Shown here in pieces: positions 27,922-42,388 of a stretch of 64,000 nt of DNA (positions within the stretch are counted from its first letter, which is position 1; each line of letters begins with the position of its first letter). This stretch comes from Amoebidium appalachense. Its lineage: Eukaryota; Protista; Ichthyosporea. The stretch covers positions 930,001 through 994,000 of the forward strand of contig CAVNZM010000014.1 of the NCBI GenBank assembly GCA_963693365.1. Reading direction: 5' to 3'. Under the pieces are notes generated by a model, which saw only the letters and a program-made list of their open reading frames with translations, ran no database searches and was not told the origin of the DNA. The translations under genes were made by a program, and so were the position numbers.

Positions 27922-28448
27922 TCCCTCCCTCCCTCCCTCCCTCCCCCCCCCCCCCCCCCCCCCCCTCCCCCGCCCAAAGTAGATGTTGTGGCAGAAAGGA
28001 TAAGGACTTTTTGTATTTCAATATGTAGTGTTGCTCGACTGCATTTGATGAACGATCCATTTAACGAGTCACATGTCAGCACGATACGCAGCTTGAATCG
28101 AACGGGGCCGTAGGGCTAAAAATTCACCTCTAATACCTCACTCCCCTGCCCCCCTACATCCCCCCCCCCGCCCACCCCCCCCACCCCAACCCTTCCTTCC
28201 CCGGGAACCCCCCCGACCTCCATTCCTCCCTCTCTCCCCCTCCTCCTCCTCTCCACCCCCAAATCTCTCTCCCCCTCCCCAATCACCACGGCCACCTTAA
28301 TTCCTCCATCCCTCCCCCCAACACACACATACACACACCCTGCAGGCGTCTCCCCTGATGGTGCCCGCCTTGGGGGTTTTGATTGCTGGGGCTGTGCTCT
28401 ACTGGCCCTGGATAGAAAGCGGTTGGTGTCACCCGCCCCCCCCCCCCC

Positions 28449-28506
<58 letters not shown>

Positions 28507-29508
28507 ACACACACACACCTCTCTCTGCGCTCTCTCTCCGTCCTTCCATCCCCTTCCCCCCCCCCCCCCCCTGCATCCCCCCCTCCCTCCCTCCCTCCCT
28601 CTGTCCGTCCGTCCCTCCCTTCCCTCCCTCCCTCCCTCCCTCTCTTCCCCACTTCCGCCCTCCCCCTCCCCCCTCCCCCCCCCCAAAAAAAACCACCACC
28701 ACCACCCCGCCCTGCCCCCCCTCTCTCCCCATCCCCCTTCCCCCCCTTCTACCCTCCTCCCCAAACACCTACCACCACCTCCACCACTAACAATACAGCT
28801 TTTTTTCCTCCTCCACCCGCCCGCCCCCCGGCCCACCCACCCACCCACCCACCCACCCACACACACACACATGTTCCGCGTCTCCCCTTTAAACTCGACG
28901 CAAGCAAGCTACCAATATTCCCCATTCCAAATGGAATGTAATACCCACGAAAATGCATTCTCGCACAGATAATGACTGTGTGTTCAGTGTGGCTATGGGA
29001 TTTTTGCATGTGCGCTTGGTTAATGTGATGGGCTCCAAACACTGAAACGGACGATGTGTATTTGTTGTGTTGTTGTTTTCCAATAGGCAACATATGCTTT
29101 CCACTGATTGCATTTATGCACAAGGCAACCTGCTAACCATTGAAGACTTTTTTTTTTTGCCATCCAACAAAGAGCCATTTATAGAAGGGAGAAGAAAGGG
29201 GAAAGGGAAAAAGGCAGGTGCGCGGGGGGAGGGGGGGGGGGGGGGATCGGGCGTCCAACGGATGATTGAAATTTCGTTTCCTGTGCAGTACTGTACATGA
29301 TGGTGCACAGAGACTATCTGCCCCCCCTGTCGGCCAAAATGCAAGTCACCCCCATTCTCATCAGCCTGAGGAGGCAGCTACTAGGCCATCCCTATCCGTG
29401 AACAACAACAAAAACAACTCCCCCCCCTCCCCCCCCCCCCCCCCCCCTCCCCCCCTCCGTCCGTCCCCACAGACCTTCCTACTTGGACCTCTCGCTGCCT
29501 CACGATGA
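17921..29508 (+). CDS. Divergent glycosyltransferase family 15 (KRE2/MNT1-like mannosyltransferase) with N-terminal anchor and C-terminal multi-TM extension, about 491 aa
   Basis: Phase-consistent exons 17921-18042, 19248-19362, 20167-20358, 21091-21186, 21769-21875, 22301-22401, 23321-23348, 23902-23977, 24741-24773, 25221-25281, 26148-26210, 26803-26883, 27107-27220, 27530-27663, 28346-28421, 28969-29009, 29473-29508. GT15-like blocks: LDRNYLFAFPHTVIIF, RFWTGPVL, YDYFWRME...YDVFDLM, SFDTSFE, FRWGMTD, IAFLTDILYYH. Confidence 0.72.
23107..23312 (+). repeat. 24-bp minisatellite, about 8.6 copies (YTTATGCATTAGTCCTATACTAAC)
   Basis: Units start at 23107, 23131, 23155, 23179, 23203, 23227, 23251 and 23275, with a partial unit at 23299. 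Confidence 0.97.
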
Positions 29509-29518
29509 CCAAGAGCTT

Positions 29519-29712
<194 letters not shown>

Positions 29713-30735
29713 CACACACACACACCACATCGCTAAACCGCATCACAAATAATCTGTTGCCACGATGCACATTTACGAATGACTCCAATATTAATGCTTG
29801 CGTGCTAAACCATGCCATGTTCATACCTCGCCGTGTGTTGATAGTAATTATGGTTGATGGGTCAATACAGGATTTCATATAGCTTTTTTTTTTCTATAGG
29901 AGAGTAGCAAGTTACACTAGTAAATAATGATTTGTTCGTGATGTTTTTCCGGTCTTTCATTACTTTGATACTTGGGCCCTTGGAAAGTGATTCTGAGGAC
30001 CCATTAGCCTTAGGTGCAAGTAGTGTCACCGGACAGGCTTTGGTATATAATAGTCTTCTTAAAAGTGTTTCCATTCTTTGAAATATTTATTCTAGAACCC
30101 TAGAACATGCTAGATAGTGATAGCTATTACATATTTATACAGAAGCTCAAAGGTTAGGAGTGTTGTCACCGGTTTATATTGCTAGTTGTATAGGCTGTTC
30201 ATAACATATTAGTTGGTGCTACTGTGTGTGCGCGTGTGTATACGAACCATGGGTTCGATTTCGAACGAATGTTAATTCACCATCTGTAAGTTTATTGAAT
30301 ATGTACGTCGCGGAGGTTACAATTGCAAGTAAATGGGGGTTTCCTCCCCCAAATTTGTGATTATATTTTCAAAGAAGTAAGAAGACGTGAGGTGCACGCC
30401 ACGGTGCACGTGGGGGCCTCACCTTTCATAGACGTATTTTTGATACCCACCTTCCCTAAGCTCTTCTAGATTCGCTTTTGGTGTATGTTAATGCGCATGT
30501 GAGGTACATAGCAGGAGGTTTCCCCCCCTCCGATCCCCCCCCCCCCCCCCCCCCCCCCCCATTTCAACCCAGCCCAATCCAACCCAACCCACCCAGTAGC
30601 ACCCACCCGCTTCTCACTGTGACTGGCCTTCCACATGTAGACACACACCGACAGAGAGGGTCAACAGGGCAGATCTAGGGACACACAGAGGCAGGACAGA
30701 CAGCCTAGGCCTTTCGCGGGCCAACAAGCAGTCAT

Positions 30736-30742
30736 TATAAAA
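30736..30742 (+). promoter_or_regulatory. TATA box candidate for the orphan gene
   Basis: TATAAAA about 230 nt upstream of ATG 30971. Confidence 0.4.
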
Positions 30743-30970
30743 ACGGGGACGGCGGCCGAACCACGTCACTTGCAACACGACAATCATCGAGTGAAACCAA
30801 CCCACGTGACACCCAACAAACTCAAGCAAATTCGCTTCACAGCCTCTCTTTGAGCAAACCAAGCTTCCCCATTCTTTCTCTTTTTACTCGTCCAAGCAAC
30901 TGTGTTTTTGCAAGCAACCTACAGTAATCGCACAGTTTACACAGACGTCAAGTCTGTTTGCCTCACCAAC

Positions 30971-32202
30971 ATGGACACTGTTCAGACAAGAATAACAAGT
31001 GCCGACGCCGTCAAGATGTTCCTCAAAGTGGACCCGCTCAAAAAAATTATGCTTGTAAACATGCTGCACCTTCTGTCGCTGTGGCCGCAGTGTGTGCTGT
31101 TTGGGCAGCTTCTTGGTGTGCTGGCTGATTTGGTCGATCGAGAGGATTGGTGAAGAGGATGCCCCATATAGTTCAACCGGGACGCTACCATGGCCGAGTA
31201 GGTCTCCCCCTGCCCTGTGTGCTGCACTGTTGCTCTCGTCTCTTTCATTTTCCTGCTTGCTACGTAAAGTTTCTCGAACTACTTGATTTTTTTTTTGTCA
31301 TAAACCTCGTAATATCAGAGAAAGATCTGTTTTTTTTAAGCCAAACACTTTTGACATGTCACGAAGCAACGAATGTTTTGCTCTCGAACACTTTCTTTCG
31401 AAGGCACTTTTCTCTCGTTTTTTTCGTTTTCTCCTTGCCACGTTTTCTTGTTGGGTGTAATCTGGTGTTGGACACCACAGACACCGTTGACCTGTATGTA
31501 AGCGTTTTCTTTCTCGGAAGTTATTGTTTCCAAGATTTATTTGAGAACGAGCATCCCATTTCGAACCACACTACTGCTTTACGTGGCCCTTTTTCTCGAA
31601 TAAATTGTGCTCTTTGACGTCGTTTTTGAGAATTTTACGTTTTTACGCGAGTCTTTGTTGGTGTTAATTCCATTAGTCGCCGGTAAATTTCGTAGAAGGT
31701 TTTACTTTCAGTTTTCAATTTACTTTACCGGGGCCTGACCGTTGTCTTTTCGTTCGTTTTCGTGTGACTACAAATCATTATTCGTTTCGTTCACGAGTTC
31801 ACTGCGCTTTCCTTGAGTAAAGTTTGAATTCTGCCTTTAAAATGCAAATTTTCTCGTGTCTGTTTTTTTCTATGTTGCTACCGCAAACATTTGTCTGCAT
31901 AATCCGATATCAAGGTAACATATATTGTACACGTGCTTTTTCAAAGTATCGTGTTGAAAGAGGTTTTCAACATTTTGACCATTCTATCTATCTATCCACA
32001 CTCTACGGTGATAGTAATATCCTTTCCCCTGCAGGCTGGGCATGATCATGGCCGGGATCATTGCCAAGGTGAAATCTGACAGCCAAGCCCAAGCCCCCCC
32101 AACACCCCCAACCACCGCCCCTTCAACCTCTGCTGGCAAGAAGCAAGCAAGGGAAAAGAAAGGGAAATGGGCTGAGGCGATGCTGGATGCTGCAATACTG
32201 TA

Positions 32203-32268
<66 letters not shown>

Positions 32269-32591
32269 TGTGTGTCTGTGTGTCTGTGTGAGCATGTGTG
32301 TGTCTGTGTGTGTATGTGTGCGTGTGTGTGTGTGTGCGTGTGTGTGTGTAAGTCTGCGTGTGTGCGTGTGTGTCGTGATTCTAATTGTTCCTGTGTATCT
32401 GATGTGCCACGGTGACAGATATGACCATTTGTTTGTTTGTGTTGCATGTGTGCTTGGCGGCTACACCCAGTAGATAGCAATGTGATGGGAACGGCAGTAG
32501 CTAACTTCCTCTCCCTTCCTCATCCCCCCCCCCCCCCCTTTCCCCTCGCTCTCTCGAAAATCCCCAAACAAAACACACACACACCTCCAAT

Positions 32592-32628
<37 letters not shown>

Positions 32629-33569
32629 AGGGAGGACCTACGTTTGCATGCCAAGGCAGTGGTGGACGCTGTGACGTCACTGCCCCACATGCGCATGCGG
32701 ACGCAAGTGGTGGGGGGCAAGCAGCAGCCGTGTGCGGGTGCGAGGGGCCTCAACCTGGACTATCTATTGCTCCGCATACAGACACTGCGCTGCACTCTCA
32801 AGATAAACAAGTGCTACTTCCTGGCCGGGTAGGTGCCTGTCCTGAATCACACCCACCTGCACGTAACCCCTCTTGATCTCTCCGTGGACTCGTTGCCTTT
32901 TTTGGTGCAAACAAGAAACCCGCCAATCAAACACTGTGAATCAGATATTCTTTACCGCTTGTTCCAGTATTTGGAGAAACATTGTACCAACTATAGGGGT
33001 AGTGATGCCGCGCTAGCATATTATGACACTTGCTCTATCCCCCCGGCTGCACAGACATTCATGTCCCCCCATGCACCTGCAGGCTTGCCAAGCGCATGCA
33101 GCGGACAGTCGATGACGTCATGGCCCTTGGCCGTGCCGGTCACTGGGCTGCAGCCGTGCTGGCACGGGCCAACCTCCCGTCTGCCCTCCAGCGGGACATG
33201 ATCGATGTGCTGGCAGCCCTCAGGCACATACGAACATACACACACACACCCTACCCCACATTGCATCACCACGAAAACTATTAAGTTCTCTCACCCATGC
33301 ACCTTGAGGTTGTGCCCCCTCCTCCCCCCCCCCCCCCCCCGCCCCTCCCCTCCCTCCCTCCCCCCCCCCCCCCCTTCCCTCCCCCCCCCCCACTCTCCCC
33401 CCCCTTGTCCACTTCTCTCCCTCGGCACATCTGGCTGCAATTTACCATAGTATTGGACATCTTCACCACACATGGCACTGACGTTTCTCTTTCTTCCATT
33501 TTCTTTCTACTTTCTCCACACTCACTCCCTCGGATGCATGCAACCAGTCATGCATACCACCTTAACAAA

Positions 33570-33643
<74 letters not shown>

Positions 33644-34632
33644 CCTCTCCCCTATGACGACGGCAAGTGGATGCAACAGGAACCCACCCAGCGCAACCAG
33701 CAGCTCCCCCTAGACCTGTCCTTCCTAGACCTAATCCCCCTCGGCCCCATCTGCCACCAGACTCAACCCGCTGCTGACGTCACGGTTGACAATGAGCCAA
33801 TCAGAATCGAGCTCGAGTGTGGGGAGATTGTTGCCGAAAAGGAGACACTCACAGACTCCATCCCCTCCGCCACCAGCGAGATTAAAGCCTGCAGTGACGT
33901 AACGGTGGTGATTGAGCCAATCAGAAACGAGGGCATGCCGGAGGAGGGCAATGTGAAAGAGCACGTTTAGGAGGAGACCCAAATGGACCCCCCTATGCTC
34001 CCTCCCGCCTATGACTGCCCTGCACCCCAACCCACCACTGCAAGTGAAAATTCGCACAGCCAACCAATCAGCACCGTGGGCAGGTATGGGGAGACCACCG
34101 CCATGGAGGAAGATCAGATCGAGTATGGTCAGGATGGCAGTCTGGGGGAACAGGTGACGGCATTCACGAATCAGACCACTCCGATCGACACCATATTTGG
34201 GCAGGACGGAGCTTTTGCGATGGACTTGGATCCGCCCAGCTATGGTGACATCATGGCCCCCCAAACCCAGCAGCCAGCCGAGCCCACGGCCATGGACACA
34301 GAGTATGTGGTCTCCTTGATATACCCCCCCCCCCCCCCCCCCCCCAGAAAAAAAAGAAAAAAAAACAACAGAAAAAACACGCAAAATCATACAAAAGGAA
34401 TGGAAGCGCACAAGGAGTACTAAAATACTCAAAAATAGGAGGCGTTGAAAGGCGGCACGGCACGTAAAGGGGAAAAGTTGACCTTGTCAAACATGGCTCG
34501 AGTACTGACACATCCATCCCCTTCATCTCCCCCCCTCCCCCTCCCCCAGGGCAGATGCCCTTGGACACACGAATCACCCCCCTCCCCCCCCCCCCCCCCC
34601 CCCCCCCCCCAAACACACACGCACACACGCAC

Positions 34633-34727
<95 letters not shown>

Positions 34728-34874
34728 GCCTACATCTTGCCAAGTGTGCCATCCACCTTCTTGCCGGTCAAGCCCCTCGGTCTCGGTCTGCCCACAACCG
34801 AGTATGTCTCCCCGTATTACCCCTGCCCGCTAAACCCTCCTCCCCCCCTCCCCCCCCCCCCCTCCCCCCCCCCC

Positions 34875-34929
<55 letters not shown>

Positions 34930-37080
34930 ACACGCACAGAAAGAGACGCGCACAAGAGAGAAGAATACAATTTTTCGAAGAACAAGAAGACACAAGAAAT
35001 CAACATCCCCCACCCCTCGAGTAGGAAATATTAGGAAAAATATACTATATTGAATAATAAACATACCCTCTCCCCCCTATCCCCCCCCCAATCCCTGTAG
35101 TTACGTATTATTCTTCCCTCAGTCCCCCACCCTATGCTCACCCTCTTACCCCCCCCCCCCCCCCCCCACACCCCCATCCTCACCCCCTCCTCCCCCCCCA
35201 CCCACAGGCCCAGCATACCGGCCATGGACGTCACGCTGTACGGTTCTGTGCTTGAGATTGTCAATTCGGTCTGTGGGGACGAGTTGGCTGCCATTTTGGC
35301 CGACGTGGATGATGCCGTGGCCAGCACACAGCAAATGTGAGTCATCTGAGGTCCCTCCCCCATCCCCCCCCCCCCCCCCCCCGCCCCCCTCCCCCCCGCG
35401 CCCCCCCTCCCCCCCCCCCCCCCCACCACCACCACCTCTCCCCCCACCAAGCACACATACACACACACACACAAAAAAAAATAAAAAAAATGAACAATGA
35501 CCACCATGGGAGCATTCGAGCACCCCCCCCCCCCCCCCCCCCCCCCCTTCTTCCCCCGGACCACCACCACCCCCCTCCCCAAGCATGGCCCCTTCCTTCC
35601 TTTCCCCCATCCTCTCCGGGACCTGTCCTCTATATACCTTCACTCTCTACTCACATCCTTCCTTCATATTTTCATCTGCAGGCCCCCCGCACAGTCCATG
35701 AACCCCCCCAAGGATGCAAATTCGGGTGTTGACAGCATAGATATTGACGCCCTTCTGAATGACCTTGTGGCCGAGATGGAGGCCAATGACAAAAAGGCAA
35801 AGTCTGAGTAAGTTTTTGAAACCCCTCCCCCCCCCCCCCCCCCCCCCCCCGGGCACCCAATCCGTTATCCCCTGCCTTCCCCCCACACAAAGCATCACTG
35901 GTTTCTGCGCATCAGAAAGCTACTTTGTTCTTTTCATAAAACACTCACTGACAGTTTACACTGTTGCTCCCCCTTCTTCCCTTATCCCCTCCCCCTCCCC
36001 CTCCCCCCTCCCCCCTTCCCCCCCCCCCCCAGAAAACAATAAAAAATAAAATAAAATAAAAATAAAAATAAAAAACCAATCCCCCCCCCCCCCCCCCTAC
36101 AGGCCCACTGCGCCGACCATGAGCCCCCACCATTCCTCCGATTTGCCGCTTGGGTCATGTTTCGGCCCTGCAGACCAGGCAGAGATAGACGCATTCCTGG
36201 CCCAGATGGCCGCAGAGTATGTCACCCCCCCTCCCCCCCCCCCCCCCTCTCTTTCGCCCCTGCCCCCTATCCCCCTCACCCCCACCCAAGCACACACCCA
36301 GTCACATAAAGCCCACCTGCCTGCTTGGTCCCACCCACCTATGCCTGCATGACCCTTAACCATACGAATGGGATGCCTGAGAATAGCATTATGAACTGCT
36401 ACACCAGAGTTTCACGTATGTAAATAAGACCTCCCCGCCGCCAAAAAAAATCCCCCGTCCCTGCCTCGCTTGTACTACCACTGCATTTCAACCCCCCCCC
36501 CCCCCCCCCCCCCCCCCCCGGGTTCCCCTGCCCTCCTCCCCCCCCGGTGGTGCATGTACTCACTCACCTGTGCCTGCAGGCCCAACCTTTTTGCTGTTCA
36601 GGCAGACACGAACACCATCAATGGCCGCATCATCGAGTAAGCAATGCCCCGCTCCTCTCTCTTTCTCCCCCCCCCCCCCCCCCCCTCCCCCCCCGCCCCC
36701 ACCTCCTTCCCTTCCCTCCTCCCCCTCCCCCCCCCTCTACAACCGACCGTTCCCTCCCCCCCCCCCCCCCCCCCCCCTGCCCCCCACCTCTCCTCCTCCA
36801 ATCCTTTGCACAAAAAAGAGTTGGCCGATTGCCTTTTTTTCCCTTTCGAAATAGTTTTGGCCTTTGTAGCTATGCTCTTTGGCTATGATTGGGGCTCGAA
36901 TTTTGCATGTTCACTTCTATGTGTGATGTTTTAGCTACAGACCTTCACACCCGAACACCCACCTCAACAGTTCTTCGTGTATTGTTCTTGGCTATAAACC
37001 TGCAAAACCAAAAAATCACCCCACTTCCTCGTGAGCTATTTCTGACCACTCACTTAACTCTACACCTGCAAACCTAACAC

Positions 37081-37119
<39 letters not shown>

Positions 37120-37202
37120 ACACACACACACACACACACCCTCCTTCTCGCCCCCACAGCGAAGGAATTCGGGAGTACAACAAAAAGCCAACCTCTGGCT
37201 GA
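30971..37202 (+). CDS. Uncharacterised protein (about 628 codons): helical N-terminal region plus acidic Pro-rich tail with LD-like motifs; in-frame TAG at 33968
   Basis: Exons 30971-31149, 32035-32199, 32631-32828, 33083-33223, 33643-34302, 34727-34801, 35208-35336, 35682-35807, 36103-36216, 36580-36636, 37160-37202; all junctions are phase 2. No family recognised. The 3' end is uncertain (another donor at 37217 and acceptor at 37643). Confidence 0.7.
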
Positions 37203-37361
37203 GAAATATTAATAAGGTGGGTCCCTCTGCCTTGCCCCTGTCCCTGCCCCCCCCCCCCCCCCCCCCGCTCCCCGCTTCCCCGCCCTCCCCCCCCCCCCCC
37301 TCCCTCCTCCCACCTTCCTCACCCCCCTCCCTCTCACCCCCCCCCCTCTCCCCCCCCCCCC

Positions 37362-37404
<43 letters not shown>

Positions 37405-38200
37405 AAAAAAAAACACACACACACTATCCCACATTCCCAGCCCCCGTCCCGCCCACAACGCCCCCAAATACAACAAGAAAGAAACTTCTTTGCGTCCCCT
37501 CCCCCCCCCCCCCCCCCCCCCCCCCCCCGCCCCCTCCCTCCTGCCACCTCCATCGTCCCTCCCTCCATTCACAGCCCTACCCTACCCCCAAAGTTTTTTT
37601 CTTAGCAGCAGCACCCTAATGACTGTCTCCTCTCTGACCACAGGCAATGGCAGTGATTGGCCAACCAGCAGCAGCCAATCAGATGACGAAAGGAGTGCAG
37701 AGAAAATAATAGATTGTGACGGTTGGTGTTTGGGATACTTTTATGTGCAATAGTAGGCGATATGTTGTAGTTTCCATAGGTTCAGTTGTTTCATATCTTC
37801 AGTGTTTGGTTTGGTTGCAGCTATCTGTGTACATTTAATGTGTGTTTGTGTTTTTGGTTTGATTTTTTTTTATTTGTGCGCATTTGTTTGTTGCTTCGTG
37901 TGAGTCCTCTCTGCTGCCTACGCCATTCATCCACCGGAGGCACATATCTGGGGCCAAGACACAATTTCGGCATATCTCCTGTGGGATAGCAAAAGTGTGT
38001 TTGGCCCTAAATCAGTTATGTGGCTGTTCGGGAGTTGGGGGTGGAGGAAGGACGCGTGTACATGCCTGCAATACACAAACACACACTTCATTGTGTCGTT
38101 ATTTCTTTTCGCTATCTTTTCCATTTTCCATTTTGTTTTTCCTTTTATCTCGTTTTCGCATTGGTGTGCATGTGTGTGAGAGGTTTTTTTTTTTTTTTTT

Positions 38201-38231
<31 letters not shown>

Positions 38232-38489
38232 GGATCGAGTAGCACGAGTAACTACACCTCTCATCTATGGCCAAGGGAGTTTTTGGTAATGAGAAAACAC
38301 ATGGAAACACAAGCATGTGACAGACATTGATATTTTCCTTAAGAATATATACCATTATGTAAGTTTGCTGATATCATGAGATAACCTAACGTGTGTAGTG
38401 GAATGGTGGGTGGCAGGGCCACCGTGCCGAACAAGTCGCAGTATAAACTATCGAATATCGAATGTCCGATATCTTGCAAATGTACCGTA

Positions 38490-39245
<756 letters not shown>

Positions 39246-39531
39246 TTGCTGGATTGTGTGGGCCGTAGAATATCTGTACTCATCTGCAGCTGGCTCACTT
39301 GCTTTCATAAAGGTACCGGAAGCCAAAAGTTGGTTGTGTAGGAAACACACACAGAGGGGATCTTTGGGGGGAGAGGCAAACACTGTCATGATAGCAACAG
39401 AAATGAGGGGGGTGTGGATGCAACTGCCTGTAGTTTAATGGATTGTCTGGGCTCACACGGTTGGGAAGCTTGTTTCTTAAACGGAAAGGGGGGGGGAGGG
39501 GGGAAGCGACCCTGAGGGGGGGGAGGGGGGG

Positions 39532-39603
<72 letters not shown>

Positions 39604-39814
39604 CAGGCGAGCATCTCTGAGAACCCATCACCCCTTTGAACAGTAAACCATTGGTGGGTCCCCCCCCCCCCCCCCCCCCCCGGCCCATGTTGCTGATTAC
39701 CCCTCCTCCCCCCTCCCCCCCCCCCCCCCCCCAACACACACACACACCCTCCCCAGCCTATTTTTGGGCCCACCCACCCCTTCAGCTGGCAACGGAAGTG
39801 GGGCAGACGTGGCG

Positions 39815-39848
<34 letters not shown>

Positions 39849-40651
39849 GGGGACACCTACCCCACCGACTGCCATGGAAATATAGCATATCATGACATTA
39901 TGAGAGAACTATTATCGCAGCGGTGCCACGCATGATACATACCCGGAATGTAAACAATGAGACTTATTATTAGGAAGTTATTTATAGTTGCCGGCTGCAG
40001 TTGAAACTTAGGCTACACACTACGGGCATCATCCCCCTCCTCCCCCCCCCCCCCCTCCCCTCCCTCCCCCCCCCTCTCCCCTCCCCCCCCCCCCCCCTTG
40101 GGTGTGCCCGTCTCCAATCTCCCCATACGTTTAACAGCACGCACACACGCGTGCGCATGTTGTCAAAAAATCGTCAACACATAAACATCAATACACCACA
40201 CACACGCACGGGGTGCCCAAACTCGCGATGCTATCGCCCGAGACTTTCTGTTCATGCAGATACTTCACCATCTAATGAGCTAACGTGCACACGCATACAT
40301 TTGCATACACATCCATTGGCAAAGTGTTGTAAACGGCATGATACTGCCCCGAGAAAGACAGGACCGTCGCACACTCGCACGCGCATTCATGCACCATCAC
40401 ACACCCACAATGTCATGCTGTCGGAAACACTTGTCACACACACACTCAATGGCAAGGGAACGCGAGCACATGTTGCATAACCAACATCAAGTCTCGCAAC
40501 GTCGAACACATACCCATTCGGAATCCGCCTTTTCCCTCCTTCAGAAAGGCCGCATAATAATAAATCTTCCAGACTCACGATTTTAAACTGTACCGAAACC
40601 CGCATGCATGTACACACCCAGCTACCAGCACCTGTGCTCAGGTGCGCACAC

Positions 40652-40717
<66 letters not shown>

Positions 40718-40741
40718 CGCACACACGCACACACACGCACA

Positions 40742-40814
<73 letters not shown>

Positions 40815-41127
40815 ACGGTCTATGTCACCACAGCTCATCACCGGTCACCACCATGATAACCCTAACTAATTAGAGACTCTAGTAGTTATCGAGAATAATA
40901 AATCAGAGGACAGCCTCACTCACGACATGTCGACAAAGTCCGGTGGACCACTGGTGTCAAGTGGTTTTCCCAAATTCTAAATCAATGACGTGGTGATGAC
41001 TCTTAATCAGCATCATCACCGCGGCCGTTGCTATCCGAACGCGAGGAAATAAATGAATATTTGGGGGCAGGGGGAGGGGGAAGGGGGGAGGTAGTACCAC
41101 TGGTGGTGGTGGTGGTGGTGGTGGTGG

Positions 41128-41165
<38 letters not shown>

Positions 41166-41481
41166 TGATAAATATCTACACGTGTGTTCTCAGTAAATTG
41201 ACGGATACATACACTAATATTAGTAGTCGTGGCATGCATGCACATTTTATTTTGGTTTTGATAGTTTTTTTTGCTCAATGACCGTCATTTACAAGGTGGC
41301 ACGCGAGAAATCGATTATCAGAAGGGCCAGAAGTTCTTTTTCAACTTGTTTACAGTAAAAAAGCAAAGAAATACAACTCCTATTGGATTGTGTTGTTCAA
41401 TGAAATGTGGTTCTTTTTAGCCATCCAATAAAAAATGACGCTCGCACTCAGCCAGTGCCTACTGCCTTGCCCACGCCGGGA

Positions 41482-42232
41482 ATGAGGTAATTGAATTCTC
41501 TTTGCCCAAATATTTGATCCAAGTTGTTGCTTTTTTTGTCCTCACAAAGCTTTTCTTTTTCTTTTTTTTGTTTTCCTTATTTGCAATCGGAGTACACCGC
41601 AGGAGCGTGAGGAAGGCTTCCTTGGCGGGCGCAAATTTTCAAAGAGAGAAACACGGGCAAAATGACGAACAAGTTGATCAGCGTGTGCCTCTCAGAAGTT
41701 CATCCTCGTGGTGGAGGCGGCAGAGCGTCTCTGCTACTACAGCTTTGCATGTGGGTGGTGTATGTTGGCCCCTTTAAATTCTGTTGCAATTGGTGGTGCA
41801 TATACATGTTTTTGAATTCGAAATTCTTTGTGTGTTGAGTCTGACTTCGGCCTTCGCCCCGTCACCCTTTACCTAATCCTAGAATCGATCTGCTTGGTTT
41901 GCATAGGAGCATGTGTCAACCACAATATTTGCAGACAAGAGAGCGAGAAAGACAAAGTTGAAATAGACATCGTGATACAGTAAAACAGACCCAAAACGGC
42001 CAAACACATATCAACTCAGCCACCTCCGTTGCTGTGAACCACTGCACTGACCATATTGCTATTTCACGCTCTCGATTCACGCCATGGTGTTTCTGTAGAT
42101 AGATGGTGTGCCCGCATTCACATCCAGTTGCAGAAGAATACTGACACTGACACACAGGGCACCATCTGAGCCAAACATGTCCATTAGCGACATGCCACTC
42201 ATCCATACTACAAACACACACACTCACGCCGT

Positions 42233-42300
<68 letters not shown>

Positions 42301-42341
42301 TACACACACACGCACAAGCACACACACACGCACATACACCA

Positions 42342-42388
<47 letters not shown>

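Noticed and set aside
31140-31200. Apparent frameshift at the end of orphan exon 1
   Set aside because: Resolved by a GT donor at 31150 that matches the phase of the next exon.
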